A stretch of DNA of 64,000 nt from a virus. Both the position numbers and the translations under genes were made by a program. The DNA lies in the IMG/VR virus record IMGVR_UViG_3300035137_000026, positions 96,001-160,000 of that record. The stretch is one strand, 5' to 3'. Shown here piece by piece: positions 19,665-30,600 of this stretch. The notes beneath the pieces are model-generated. The model did not search any database. It saw only the letters and a program-made list of their open reading frames with translations, and was not told the origin of the DNA. Positions within the stretch are counted from its first letter, which is position 1. Every line of letters begins with the position of its first letter.

Positions 19665-21908
19665 ATGACAGCTTTTAGTGGACAGCAACATTTCCAGGTT
19701 CGCATCACCAGTGTGGGTGGCAACGATTTCGATGCTAGCACCAAGCAGAATGTGAAGAAGCGTGTGGAGAAGATTCTCTACTTAGAAAATCCTCCGGATG
19801 ACGCAGTCCGTCTGACCTATGTCGGATCTAAGGAGCTATCGCCTGCAAACAATCTGTTCATTGGTGACCGTAGCGATAGCCTTTATGCCAACTCCCGTAC
19901 TGGCCGTATTCAAGAATTTGTTGGTGATGTTTCGCCTATTACTGTGAAGAACACAAACTTTATTGTCACTCAGATGTTCAATGAGGCTGACTCTGGTTCT
20001 ATCCCATTGTACTTCAAGCATATATTGCCGTTAGCCATAGTGGCTGAGTCGGTGCGCATCTACGACCAGGATTTTAATGAAGTCAGCACTGACAAACACA
20101 AGCTTCAACTTCAGGCTGTATATGATGAGGACACCGGCTATCCGACAGATGAATATACAGAGTATCATCTATACAATAACCTTAAAAGTTCCTATAATGA
20201 AAGCACAGGTGAATACGTAGTCTATTTTGTCCAGTATACAGATACCTCCGGTACCACCGACGTTACTGTTACGGAGCTGTTAAGCAATGAGCTGGCATAT
20301 ACAGAAGCAACATTTGAAGACATTTGGTATGCGACCCTCGAGTTAAAGCCTTGGGTTAAGGCATACCAGTGGGATCCAATTACTTTGTCAATTAAGATGC
20401 CGGCTTCTGGCGAGTATGCAGTTCAATATCAGGAGAGTAAAAGGATCAGTGTTAAAGATCCTGTGGCTCTAGATGACATTCATCCGTGGTTCCCTCGAGT
20501 TGTGAATGGGCAACTGGTTACAGGATACGATGGTTTGGCACTCAACTATTCAATTCCTGAGTTTGAGAATCAGGCATTCAATCCTCTTGAGCCATACAAG
20601 GTTGCAGTCCGAGTTGGTTGTGTGAAGATAGATGACCATCTTGTAAAGCTCCCACATGAAGACCTACAGAGTGGCTCGCTATTCTCGTACTTCTACTTAC
20701 TATTTGAGAGTGAAGAGGGTGTCATAGTCTATGCTGTGACTAATGATCCATATATGGCTGGTACAGAATACCGAGACTTTGACAATAATACAGTGCTCGA
20801 TGATAACGGTGATGAAATCCTGTGGGCATCTGATACACTATTAGGACTAGATAGCATGAGCGGAATTGCTCATGTTAGCTTTGAGATCAGTGACTCGTAT
20901 GATGTCTGGGCCACATATTCATACAAGGAATACCAGTATGAGGTGACAAGTCTCAACATGAATCCTGTCTTTGATGGAGACGCCGCCAAGGAACTAAGAT
21001 CCGTATACTTGGTTCCGGAGTCTTTGGCTAACTCAAACCTAGGCTTACAAACACAGGGTATCCACTGGATAAAGACTAGCCCCTCTGGTCTTATTACAGG
21101 TATCAGTCAGAACGGAGATGGAGGCAACGAGAATATTGCTTTTGATGCTGAGCTTAAGACCGCAGCTGGCTATGGATTAAATGGCGTATTAGACATGCAT
21201 TATAGCTGGCGGGCAACAACCATGACAGCTTCCTCACAGGAAGTCATTGATGGCCAGCATATAAACGTTTCATCTACTAACAGCTTTCCATACAAGGGCT
21301 GGATCCGCTTCTTGGACGGAAGCGGATATTATAGATATGCACGGTTTGTAGAAAAAACAGATACTTCTCTAATACTGTCCTCAGATGAGAACCAGGTGGC
21401 CTACGAGTCCAGCGGGCTTGTCATAGCAGGGAATACCACAATAGAACTAGTCAATTTCTTGGATGAGCGCACAACGCTAAGCACTCGCACTACAGATGAG
21501 ACAAATCATATCCCTAGTGGATATCCACCATCGTACTCGAAATACTTTATGCTTGCAGAGCTATCCATTAATCCACCACACAGCCAAAAGGATGCTGTTG
21601 TGATTGATGTCAGAGAGAATGGCGGTGGCGTAGATAAAGGCAAATATGAGGATGCTAAAGGCCTAAACCCACAGGTTCAGTGGCTCTCAGACTTTGGAGA
21701 CTATGATGGCCAGGTCTATCCTGGCAATTCAGTGCTAGTTATTAAGCTGCCGATTAAACTGTTGGACACCTATACAGAGAATCAGCTATATGATATTGTT
21801 TTGCAGAACATTCCATTTGGTGTAAAGCCACTTATCAGATATTACGGCTATAAGCCAAACATCTTGTACGTAGGCCCAGAAGAATCAGAAGGAGCCGTAA
21901 TGGGTTAG
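19665..21908 (+). CDS. Virion structural protein
   Basis: 747 aa, acidic and beta-rich; tightly coupled within the structural operon. Confidence 0.5.
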   Translation: MTAFSGQQHFQVRITSVGGNDFDASTKQNVKKRVEKILYLENPPDDAVRLTYVGSKELSPANNLFIGDRSDSLYANSRTGRIQEFVGDVSPITVKNTNFIVTQMFNEADSGSIPLYFKHILPLAIVAESVRIYDQDFNEVSTDKHKLQLQAVYDEDTGYPTDEYTEYHLYNNLKSSYNESTGEYVVYFVQYTDTSGTTDVTVTELLSNELAYTEATFEDIWYATLELKPWVKAYQWDPITLSIKMPASGEYAVQYQESKRISVKDPVALDDIHPWFPRVVNGQLVTGYDGLALNYSIPEFENQAFNPLEPYKVAVRVGCVKIDDHLVKLPHEDLQSGSLFSYFYLLFESEEGVIVYAVTNDPYMAGTEYRDFDNNTVLDDNGDEILWASDTLLGLDSMSGIAHVSFEISDSYDVWATYSYKEYQYEVTSLNMNPVFDGDAAKELRSVYLVPESLANSNLGLQTQGIHWIKTSPSGLITGISQNGDGGNENIAFDAELKTAAGYGLNGVLDMHYSWRATTMTASSQEVIDGQHINVSSTNSFPYKGWIRFLDGSGYYRYARFVEKTDTSLILSSDENQVAYESSGLVIAGNTTIELVNFLDERTTLSTRTTDETNHIPSGYPPSYSKYFMLAELSINPPHSQKDAVVIDVRENGGGVDKGKYEDAKGLNPQVQWLSDFGDYDGQVYPGNSVLVIKLPIKLLDTYTENQLYDIVLQNIPFGVKPLIRYYGYKPNILYVGPEESEGAVMG

Positions 21909-21946
21909 CGTTTGGATTGACTGTGTTCTTACTTAAGGAGTAGACC

Positions 21947-22453
21947 GTGGCCAGAATGATAGTAAGATGGGACAAGATGGGTCCTGAATTTACGTACATG
22001 GTATGGTATGCCAAGCAACCAAAGGGTCCGTGGATTCGTCACAACGAGATTCGTTTAACAGACGAGATTGTGGATTATCTGCGTGGTTTTGATATTGATA
22101 CCGGCGAGTATTACGAAACCTTTAGCTATAATGAGTACTACATCGATGGCCTAGATGAACAGACTAACTATTCTGTGAAGGTGACCTGCCACGATAGGTA
22201 CGATGCTTGGTGGTACAGTCAGACAGATTACGATAGCGTTGGTGGTGGCATGAGAAGTGCTTATTCTATGCCTAGCCCAGATGGTGGTAATAGACTTGGT
22301 TTTCAGTTTTATGTTGACCTGCCAGTCCTTGGAGCTTTCTTTGTCTTAGTCGGATCAAATGCTCCTTCTGTCGGTCCAACATCGTGGCGATATGACGCCG
22401 ATACCGACATGTGGATTCAAACAGCAATACCACAGATAGACATTCCTAAATAA
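21947..22453 (+). CDS. Fibronectin type III-like virion protein
   Basis: IVRWDK...YMVWY...YYIDGLDEQTNYSVKVTC follows the FN3 pattern; GTG start with RBS AAGGAG. Confidence 0.55.
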   Translation: MARMIVRWDKMGPEFTYMVWYAKQPKGPWIRHNEIRLTDEIVDYLRGFDIDTGEYYETFSYNEYYIDGLDEQTNYSVKVTCHDRYDAWWYSQTDYDSVGGGMRSAYSMPSPDGGNRLGFQFYVDLPVLGAFFVLVGSNAPSVGPTSWRYDADTDMWIQTAIPQIDIPK

Positions 22454-22464
22454 AGGGGTTCATA

Positions 22465-23523
22465 ATGGGCAGCACTCTTGATAACGTAGTCCGGGCGACA
22501 ATAAAGACTCATGACGATATTATACTAGCGGGTCATGGCAGGGTAACACCTACTAGGATTGCATATATTGCTCGGTCAAATGATTTCGGACAAACCTGGA
22601 CCACACCGTGGTATGAAAGCATCGCTAACGCTGAGTGGCCGTTAGGTTTTGGTATTAGCACAGACGACGAACATCTATATTACTTTGGCCGCATGAGCGA
22701 CATGTTGTATAGCTGGTATAAGACTAGTGACGATTCATCCGGGAATGTTGTGGCGCACTCTTATCCTGCATGGAGATATGATACCTATCTAGAAGGCGTC
22801 ACAAAGATTGGCGGATATTACTATGCTGGGATGACACCCGACGTGAATGGTTCGATTTCAGGCTTAGACATCGGTTGCTCAAGTGATGGCATCAATTGGT
22901 CTACTGCCATGGAATGGCACAACGACCGTGTTTACAGAGAATACTGGTGGCCATGGACTCAGTTCAAATATCATTCAGGAACTGACACACTGTGGGCTTA
23001 TAACTGGCAGTACAATGTAGACCATACAACCAAATCAGCTATTGTATACAATCCAACGCCTAGAACCAATCCAACCAATTGGATTGATTGGACGTTTGAT
23101 ACAGAGTACTTTAGTGGTTTGCGACCGTATCAAGTTTTTAGTTTAATGCTGAATGAGAATACAGGCCAGCCCCAGTCGTTTTGTGCCAGAGCAGATGTTG
23201 CAGGAGAAGGGGTTCCTCAGCGTCAATGTGTCTTTGGACTGCTGGACAATGGAACATATGATGTTTGGCACCAGAGTACGCAATACACCATTGTCGCAGA
23301 ATGGGATCATCGCAACAACACAATACTTAGGCCAGAGGTTCGCAAAATGTATTGCTTGGCCTGGCATAGCGGAGGCAAGTACATGGCTCAAGAAAGTGAA
23401 GCCACGCAAAATTTCAATGGATATGATATAAAAATGTTAGAACTGCTTACTACACCAGTTCCGACGACAGATGTGTATCCCGTACCATTGTGGGGATACT
23501 ACACTCCAGAAGAAGGACGATAG
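22465..23523 (+). CDS. Beta-propeller protein with Asp-box (BNR) repeats
   Basis: 352 aa; RSNDFGQTW and CSSDGINWS Asp-boxes; rich in Trp and Tyr. Confidence 0.6.
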   Translation: MGSTLDNVVRATIKTHDDIILAGHGRVTPTRIAYIARSNDFGQTWTTPWYESIANAEWPLGFGISTDDEHLYYFGRMSDMLYSWYKTSDDSSGNVVAHSYPAWRYDTYLEGVTKIGGYYYAGMTPDVNGSISGLDIGCSSDGINWSTAMEWHNDRVYREYWWPWTQFKYHSGTDTLWAYNWQYNVDHTTKSAIVYNPTPRTNPTNWIDWTFDTEYFSGLRPYQVFSLMLNENTGQPQSFCARADVAGEGVPQRQCVFGLLDNGTYDVWHQSTQYTIVAEWDHRNNTILRPEVRKMYCLAWHSGGKYMAQESEATQNFNGYDIKMLELLTTPVPTTDVYPVPLWGYYTPEEGR

Positions 23524-23532
23524 GAGAGACAA

Positions 23533-24060
23533 ATGACTGTAAATATTACATTTTCCAACGTGTCTGGTGGAGACTCCCTGTCCGACACAGTGGACCTGGG
23601 TTCTGTAGAGCCTGGAAACGAGTCTTCCTGGCAAGACATCTTCATTCGCCATGATGCTGTGGTTAATGAGATTACAGATTGTGCCTGGTATCTCCAGCGA
23701 TATGTAGGCTCTAGCTATCTTGGCGAGAATGAAGATGATGACTTAACAGAGCTGATGTCATGGGGAGACGCTGCTACTGGTGGATTCATTATCAATCAGG
23801 TAATCCCACCTAGCTGGACATACGGCGAACAGTTTAACACTGGCGATGATCAGCTGATCAAGAATGGATATGGTGATATCAACAACCAGTTGATTCTAGA
23901 TGAGGACGCAATAAACATCGGTACGCCAGCTGGAGATGGAGTAATTCCTGTGGCCGGCGAGGCACATATCCAGGCCCGCTTCAAAGTTCCTAGCTCGGTA
24001 CCTAATGGTGCTGGTTATAGAGCCGCCACACTAGTCTTCTCGTACTCAGCTACATCCTAG
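23533..24060 (+). CDS. Virion structural protein (Ig-like beta-sandwich)
   Basis: 175 aa, beta-rich, ends YRAATLVFSYSATS; RBS AGGAG. Confidence 0.45.
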   Translation: MTVNITFSNVSGGDSLSDTVDLGSVEPGNESSWQDIFIRHDAVVNEITDCAWYLQRYVGSSYLGENEDDDLTELMSWGDAATGGFIINQVIPPSWTYGEQFNTGDDQLIKNGYGDINNQLILDEDAINIGTPAGDGVIPVAGEAHIQARFKVPSSVPNGAGYRAATLVFSYSATS

Positions 24061-24066
24061 GAGGCA

Positions 24067-24165
24067 ATGATGAGTGATACAAATTCTCCAGGAACCGTAG
24101 ACTCTGAAGTTTGGACAGCCAACACGGATCGTGAATACTCTACCCCAATAGAGGAAGAAGAGTAG
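24067..24165 (+). CDS. Small acidic peptide (32 aa), absent from the ORF track
   Basis: Translated by hand as MMSDTNSPGTVDSEVWTANTDREYSTPIEEEE; RBS GGAGG immediately upstream. Confidence 0.4.
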   Translation: MMSDTNSPGTVDSEVWTANTDREYSTPIEEEE

Positions 24166-24194
24166 TTGTCGCCTGCTGGTATATACAGTATAAT
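24166..24194 (+). promoter_or_regulatory. Sigma70-like promoter
   Basis: TTGTCG (24166-24171), 17-bp spacer, TATAAT (24189-24194), in an intergenic gap; followed by an inverted repeat TACAAGT/ACTTGTA (24196-24223). Confidence 0.5.
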
Positions 24195-24243
24195 GTACAA
24201 GTCGATAGTGAATGTCACTTGTATCATATTGAGGAACTAAGAT

Positions 24244-24585
24244 ATGGAAATTACAAGACTTTATAACAATTCGGACAGCGAGTTGCTGAGGATTGACACA
24301 ATCACGGTCGACGTCCAGCCACCGACCTATAAAGACTTACGGATCGGTAATGATCCTAGCCTTCAGATGAAGGTTGGGCCACAAAGGATAAAGACACGGA
24401 TCATGACAGGGGGAAATACGATAACCAACCGCACGGTTGCCACCATCGAGATCACTGGAGATTTTGACAGTTACGACACTTCTGGACCAAATTATGACTT
24501 CACCTGGGCCATTAAAGATCTGGGTAATGGTCAGAAGGTTCGCTTCGATATGTCCAATCTCCCTATTGTCGGAAGCAGTGTGTAA
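24244..24585 (+). CDS. Hypothetical protein (113 aa) with its own promoter
   Basis: RBS GAGGA; flanked by the two longest intergenic gaps of the + module. Confidence 0.55.
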   Translation: MEITRLYNNSDSELLRIDTITVDVQPPTYKDLRIGNDPSLQMKVGPQRIKTRIMTGGNTITNRTVATIEITGDFDSYDTSGPNYDFTWAIKDLGNGQKVRFDMSNLPIVGSSV

Positions 24586-24592
24586 ACAGTCC

Positions 24593-24635
24593 TTGACATC
24601 AAATATCACCTGTAGCATATTAAGGTTTGTGCTAC
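24593..24635 (+). promoter_or_regulatory. Possible sigma70-like promoter overlapped by an inverted repeat
   Basis: TTGACA (24593-24598), 17-bp spacer, weak -10 CATATT (24616-24621); inverted repeat GTAGCA (24612-24617) / TGCTAC (24630-24635). Confidence 0.35.
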
Positions 24636-24673
24636 GAGGAGAGTACGTAACGTTAACCTTATAGGAGTAACCA

Positions 24674-25162
24674 ATGAAAGTTAAGAGAGAAAAACTTGTT
24701 GCCATGTGGGGCCTGATCAATCGCCTTCAGGGACAGAAGACTGCGGTCAAATTCCACTATCTCCTGCTCAAGAATCGAAAGCTTCTCGAGCCTGAGATTA
24801 CTGCCTTGCAGGAAGCACAGACTGCAGATCCACCCGAAGGACACGAGGAGTTCAACAAGAAACGCCTTGCCGTGTGCAACGAATTTGCCGAGAAGGATGA
24901 TAACGGTGAAGTTAAAATTGTGAATAACAATTTTGTCATCCCGCCAGATCAAAAGGAAAAGTTCGAGGCAAAGTTAGATAAGGTGAAGGAAGAGTACAAG
25001 GAAGTCCTGGAGATCATGGATAAGCGCCAGGAAGACTTCATCAGCCTGCTTCAGGAAGAAGTAGAGGTTGATTTGGCTACCATTCCCCTGTCCATTATGC
25101 CCGACAATCTTGTTGGCAATGAAGTTGAGACCCTCTTTGAGATCATCGATGGTGACAAGTAA
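24674..25162 (+). CDS. Conserved phage protein found near tail fibre genes (DUF1617-like)
   Basis: KFHYLLLKNRKLLEPE...NEFAEKDDNGEVK...LLQEEVEVDL pattern recalled from this family; RBS AGGAG. Confidence 0.45.
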   Translation: MKVKREKLVAMWGLINRLQGQKTAVKFHYLLLKNRKLLEPEITALQEAQTADPPEGHEEFNKKRLAVCNEFAEKDDNGEVKIVNNNFVIPPDQKEKFEAKLDKVKEEYKEVLEIMDKRQEDFISLLQEEVEVDLATIPLSIMPDNLVGNEVETLFEIIDGDK

Positions 25163-25644
25163 TGGGAGCATGGCTGAAGCTATTCACTGATGGTACGCTG
25201 GAACATGGTAGTGATGAGCTGATTGCCAAGAGAGAAGCTTCGTGGACTCGTGGCCGGCTAGATGGAATAGAGAAAGTCCGACTATTCAATAGACGGCGAA
25301 CCTGTTCTTTGATTGTTCCCAACACCAACTGGCATCAGTTTGATAGATTTTCAGTTATAGTCTCAGAGGGCACACAGCAGCCCACAATTACTCATCGTGT
25401 GGTACAGGCCGAGATTCAGTCTCATCACGTAGGTCTCTACCTAGTATGCTCAGACTCTGGAGCAAATTATGCTTGGACAGTCGTTCGAGAATTAAGGGAT
25501 GCTGATAGGAATCGTTTTCACAAGAAGCTTACAGATAAACATGTAAGCCAGTGGCTCACCGTTATCTTGCCCGACCGAGATTATCCAGGTATAACCTTCT
25601 CAACTAAGGGTAAGATGAATGACAACCAGCACATATCTAAATAG
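25162..25644 (+). CDS. Hypothetical protein
   Basis: 160 aa, TAATG coupling to the upstream gene. Confidence 0.55.
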   Translation: MGAWLKLFTDGTLEHGSDELIAKREASWTRGRLDGIEKVRLFNRRRTCSLIVPNTNWHQFDRFSVIVSEGTQQPTITHRVVQAEIQSHHVGLYLVCSDSGANYAWTVVRELRDADRNRFHKKLTDKHVSQWLTVILPDRDYPGITFSTKGKMNDNQHISK

Positions 25645-27604
25645 TGTATTAAAGATCCTTCCCGCCGTTCAGGCACGGAATATTACCGATCTTCTTAATG
25701 AGTTCCAAGCCGAGGGTGAGATTAAGGATGCTGACGAGTATAGAGCTAAGCTTCAAGAGCTAACTACTGCCGTCAACGATGCAAATCCTAAGCCTTCCTT
25801 CACGCAGATACGTTCTCTAATCTGGCACCTCACATCGTCTGATGCACACAACATCATGATGAGAGCTACACAGAAGGACCTATTTGCTATCTTCCAACAG
25901 GCTATTGAGCTGGGTGGCAAGGTGGACGACCATCACTTTCTTATTATGAAGAACTTAGCTGCTGATATGGAACGTGGTCTGGCTGACCAAGAAAATACTA
26001 TTCGTAGGCTTGAGTGGCTGGCCAATACATCTAATGAGTTTACGATGGCTATCGTGAATGCCTTTGTGTCGGCCTCGTTGTACAAAGTACCACGCAGCCA
26101 GACAGGTGCAGAGAATCTCTACTTCGACAACCGTACATATCAGAGTCGGACAGAAGCAGAACTTCCTAGTGCTGTTGTCTCAGAGCATGGCCAACGGCTG
26201 ATTTTGGATTCAACTAATGAACCCCAGCTGCTGCCTATCTCGGTTACAATGCACACAGACGAAAGCTCCTATGGTACACAGATTCAGACAGCAGTTAATA
26301 ACAATATTCTGAATCTAGTGGATGGCACCAGAGGAACCTTTTGGACACGCCATGTCTACTTGTCAGAAACAGTTCCCAAGGTAACAACTGTCCTTGAGTT
26401 CAATCTTGGTATGGCCCGTGACATCAATTACATGATCCTCGAGGGTGCAGCTGATACTGTGTTCAATGTCGAAAGTATTTATGGGATTGCGCCTGATGGC
26501 CATAAGATGGCTTTGCTTACAGATGTCACAGAAATTAATGGCAAAGAGCGTGTTGATTTTGACAGGACTCTGGTCCGTGGCGTCTACATTACATTCTCTA
26601 CTAACTCCTACGTGAAAGCAGATTATGTGACCGACCCCAAGTCTGCTATCTTTGATTACTTCGAAGAAGATATGATGTTTGATGAGGTAGACCTTATGGA
26701 GGCATTTGGACCACTAGCAGCCGAGGTCCTGTCGTCTAAGACTCTGGGCGATATACTTAATGTGCCTAGTGGCGACTCTGGCATGGTAGACGCCTATGTG
26801 TATCCGTTTGCACTGGACAATGTGTGGTTTGGGAATAGCCTTTATGAGGATAGTGGTATCTTTGTGTCGAAGCCTCTCAAGGGAGACAATCTTGGTGTGT
26901 GCGCCGTTCAGACAATAGAAACGACAGAGACAGATGAGGATGTGAGTAACTCTATTGAGTTTGAGATCATTAAACAGGATCTTATCCCAAAATTCGGCGA
27001 GACTAAATTTCCTATCCCTAAGCTCGGCCAGACAACAGTAGAATCCGAGCGGCTTATCCTCACAAAGAGAGAGTTGGATAGCACAATGGCTGATTCCGGT
27101 CACCTTAGGTTCTGCCCCTATGTAGATCCAGCATGGACATTTGGAGATGATCAGCCAGTTAAAGTTTATAAGAATGGAGAGCAGCTAACACTCGGAACGG
27201 ACTTCCAGATCGCTATCAAGCTGAATAGTGCTGGAGATGCTCTGTTATGGGTAGGCTCGTGGACAGCCTCGCTGTCTGATTCTACAGTCTTTGCCAACTA
27301 CACTCTAAGTCCAGCCAAAATGTGGGTCAGGATACTTGCACCAGATTCTACGGCAGTCTATACGGTGGATTACACAATCCGAACGAGTGACACGTATATC
27401 GACGATAACACAATGTGGCTTGATACAAACAAGCAAATCTTCCTGTCTGACGAGGGCAAGGTATATTTTAAAAGAGATAATCCAGATGTTACAATAAAAT
27501 CTGAGTTGTACCTGCAGATAACCCTGCGAAGAAATACGGCTTCTCAGTCTACAACTCCAAAGCTTCATGAATATGCATTGCTCGGTGCTTCATATTACAG
27601 CTAG
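25619..27604 (+). CDS. Virion structural protein with a galactose-binding/discoidin-like domain
   Basis: 661 aa; helical N-terminus, then NILNLVDGTRGTFW...LEFNLGMARDINYMIL; ends TPKLHEYAL. Confidence 0.5.
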   Translation: MTTSTYLNSVLKILPAVQARNITDLLNEFQAEGEIKDADEYRAKLQELTTAVNDANPKPSFTQIRSLIWHLTSSDAHNIMMRATQKDLFAIFQQAIELGGKVDDHHFLIMKNLAADMERGLADQENTIRRLEWLANTSNEFTMAIVNAFVSASLYKVPRSQTGAENLYFDNRTYQSRTEAELPSAVVSEHGQRLILDSTNEPQLLPISVTMHTDESSYGTQIQTAVNNNILNLVDGTRGTFWTRHVYLSETVPKVTTVLEFNLGMARDINYMILEGAADTVFNVESIYGIAPDGHKMALLTDVTEINGKERVDFDRTLVRGVYITFSTNSYVKADYVTDPKSAIFDYFEEDMMFDEVDLMEAFGPLAAEVLSSKTLGDILNVPSGDSGMVDAYVYPFALDNVWFGNSLYEDSGIFVSKPLKGDNLGVCAVQTIETTETDEDVSNSIEFEIIKQDLIPKFGETKFPIPKLGQTTVESERLILTKRELDSTMADSGHLRFCPYVDPAWTFGDDQPVKVYKNGEQLTLGTDFQIAIKLNSAGDALLWVGSWTASLSDSTVFANYTLSPAKMWVRILAPDSTAVYTVDYTIRTSDTYIDDNTMWLDTNKQIFLSDEGKVYFKRDNPDVTIKSELYLQITLRRNTASQSTTPKLHEYALLGASYYS

Positions 27605-27612
27605 GTGGTAAC

Positions 27613-30600
27613 ATGCCAAACAAACACTTATCTAGGCCGCCAACAGAAGTCATGAGAGCCAGACTGAAGGTTCTCTTAGAGAATGTTAACTATCTGTATA
27701 CAGCCAAAGAGACGGTTCTCGAGGAAGACCTGGTAAATGCTTACCACACAGCCATGAAGTTGTTCCTAACGTCATTAGACGGTTCTATCTGTGGCGCAGT
27801 GGCCAAGATTCTCAAAGGTTCTCCGGCCGATCCTTTCCACTACAATGTATTTACTAGTTCCATCAACAAGGACCTTGAGGCTCTCTACTCAGAAGCGGGC
27901 GCTCTTGATAAGCTGATTGTCTCAAACTTCAACTCTGTTATTGCCGAAAGGGAACAGGTACTCCAAGTATCCAGACGAGTAAGTGATAAGCTGGGAACCT
28001 ATTTGCTATATGCTGATCCTACTCTGGGTGGCGGGTACTTCTTTGGAGACTCCTTCAATAGTGCCGAGAAAATTGAGGTGGGTTCTGATCTACTAGACAC
28101 AGACGAGTGCTTTATCGGACAGAATGAGGGAGTTATTCTTCTTCCACTAGATGGAGATCCGGACGCACCGAGAATCAAATCCTATACAATAAACAAGCCT
28201 AGCAATGGAAGTGCTGGAAATAATTACGAAACTGATGTTTTGGGCAAAGATGAGATTGAGGCTATCGGAGATAGTGAGCCCAATACTTGGTATGAGTATG
28301 AGCGGGTGACAGCCTACGAGTCCGATACACCGCTTGTCTTTGACCTAACCATTACCCTCGACAAGATCTCAGTTATTAATCATATACATATTAACCCTAT
28401 TAACTTCGGAACGCCATCGCCGGTGTCCATCGTGACGCTCGAGACCTCTAAAGATGGCCTTGAGTATGTGTCGGTTAAGGACGAGGTGCCAATCAAAGAC
28501 TTCGTTTCAGAAGAGGAAGACAATGTATTTGATCTGTCGCCAGCTACCGCAAAGTATGCTGGTCAAGGGTTCTACTCCTTCCTGCCTCGGAAGGCTCAGT
28601 TTGTGCATGTCGTTCTGGAACAATACACACCTTATGCTATTAATACGATAGACGGTTCGCTTCTCCGCTATGCTATTGGCATCAGAGATATCAATATTCT
28701 GGGTCGCAGGTTCAAGACAGAAGGCTCTCTGATCTCTGTGCCAGTGAATATTGGCGAGGAAGCTCGTAAGATCGCCCTGTGGGCCTCTGAGAACCCCGTA
28801 GAGGTTAGCATGCTGTCTGATATCACTCATGCTATTTCAGAGAATGACGGAGCTACCTGGAGGCCCATACAGCCCCAGAGACGCTCTGGGTTCGATGTAC
28901 CTGAGGTGATTGACTATAACACCATTGCAAAAGGTGCCATTGAGACAGATATTGCAGTTAAAACTCTTCGTCATAAAATAAGCATGACTAGAAACACCGA
29001 TGCGTTCTCGGGTAACGTGACTCTCAAAGAAGAGAAAGAAACCAACATTGATGTGCTGAACGTACCTACAGGCGGAGACTTCTCCTTCACAACTACTCAG
29101 CCTCCTATCAGGGAAACTGTTAGGGTGATACTCCCGTTCTACGGAAGCTTCTCCTGTCCCACTGCAGCATATGGTCCTTCCATAGTTGGCCAATCACAGC
29201 CAATGGATCTAGACTTCCTCGAGTTCAATGTGGATGTACCGGCTATCGGCACTCTAAGATATAAGCTACCGTTTAAGAACATTCCTAATCTGCCTGAGCA
29301 TATTCGGGTATTTGTGAATGGCGAACAAATAGAATACTGCTCTAAGAGCGATGAAGGTATCGGCAGCGTGTCTGGCACACAGTCTTTTACCAGCTATGAT
29401 GTGGTGGATGAGAATAGCAAAGTCTATTTCCTGAATAAGGGTGGTGCAGAAATACAATTTGGCTGGACAGATGCGGCTGGTATTCTTAGAGGGTTTCTTC
29501 CTCCTACAGGTGCCAAGATTGAGGTATGTCTGGATGGAGACAACCCTCGTCTCGAGCTAACAGATGCAGGCTATGTTCTATTGCTCGCTGGAAGTAGCGA
29601 TGGCTTTAAGGAGAACGTCAGCTTAATATCTATGAACAATCTGTCAGACGAAGAAGCAGTTGATGTGGCTATTGAGATTCCAGCTGGGCGGGACAAGGTG
29701 GAAATCTCTAGTTCACAGCCGGTAAACACGAGTGCTTTGTCGTCCAAGAAGAGGCTAAAGTTTCCTGCCAAGGCAGGCTATAAAACCATGTATGATTCCA
29801 CCCAGGTAACCAGAACACTATCTCCAATTAATATTCCACAATCCCGTCTACTGGTTGATAGTTCTTCTGATCCTGTAGAGGAAGAACTAGATCAGGGCAT
29901 GCAGACTATCGTTCTAGAAGCTGAAGATGGCATGCTGCCTCCAGTCTTCCTTGAGGATATGGACACATGGCAGATTGTAGAATACGATATTGATACTGGA
30001 GAGCCACTGATATCAGGCCTACAGTTCACAAACAAAGTAGAATATATTGATGGCCGACAAGAGCTGATGACGTGGAGTGGCACCGAGTGGGAGTCCGATC
30101 CATCAGCTTATAGCTTTGATGCTTACTCTGGCCGGGTCTATACCGGCAGTTTGCCGTACACAGATCGGAAGACAATGTTCCATTGTAAGGCTCTGTCGGT
30201 GACAGTAGTTCCACCAGACAAGTGGGAATACTACAAAACATCTGTTCACGGTCGCATGAATACACAGAAAATCGTGATCAATCCAGAGTATGTAGTAACA
30301 CACACAAGAATTATGGCTGTGGATGGTACCTCGACGCCAGTTCAGAGTGTAGAGTTAATTGGAGAGCAGGATAAGGGGCACGACTGGTTCAAGCAGAAGT
30401 TGGTTAAAGGTACCGTTGTCATGGACGATAGCTTGTTCCCAGAAAGCGTGAAGCGTAAGGAAGTCCCGTACATTGATGGGTATACAGAGTTACACGACAC
30501 TGTACAGATTGAAAATGAGGAAATTGTCTTTACGCCTATCGGCGGTAACCTTTACACATACACACTAGAGCTAATCAGCGATAGCCAGGCTATCGTTGGG

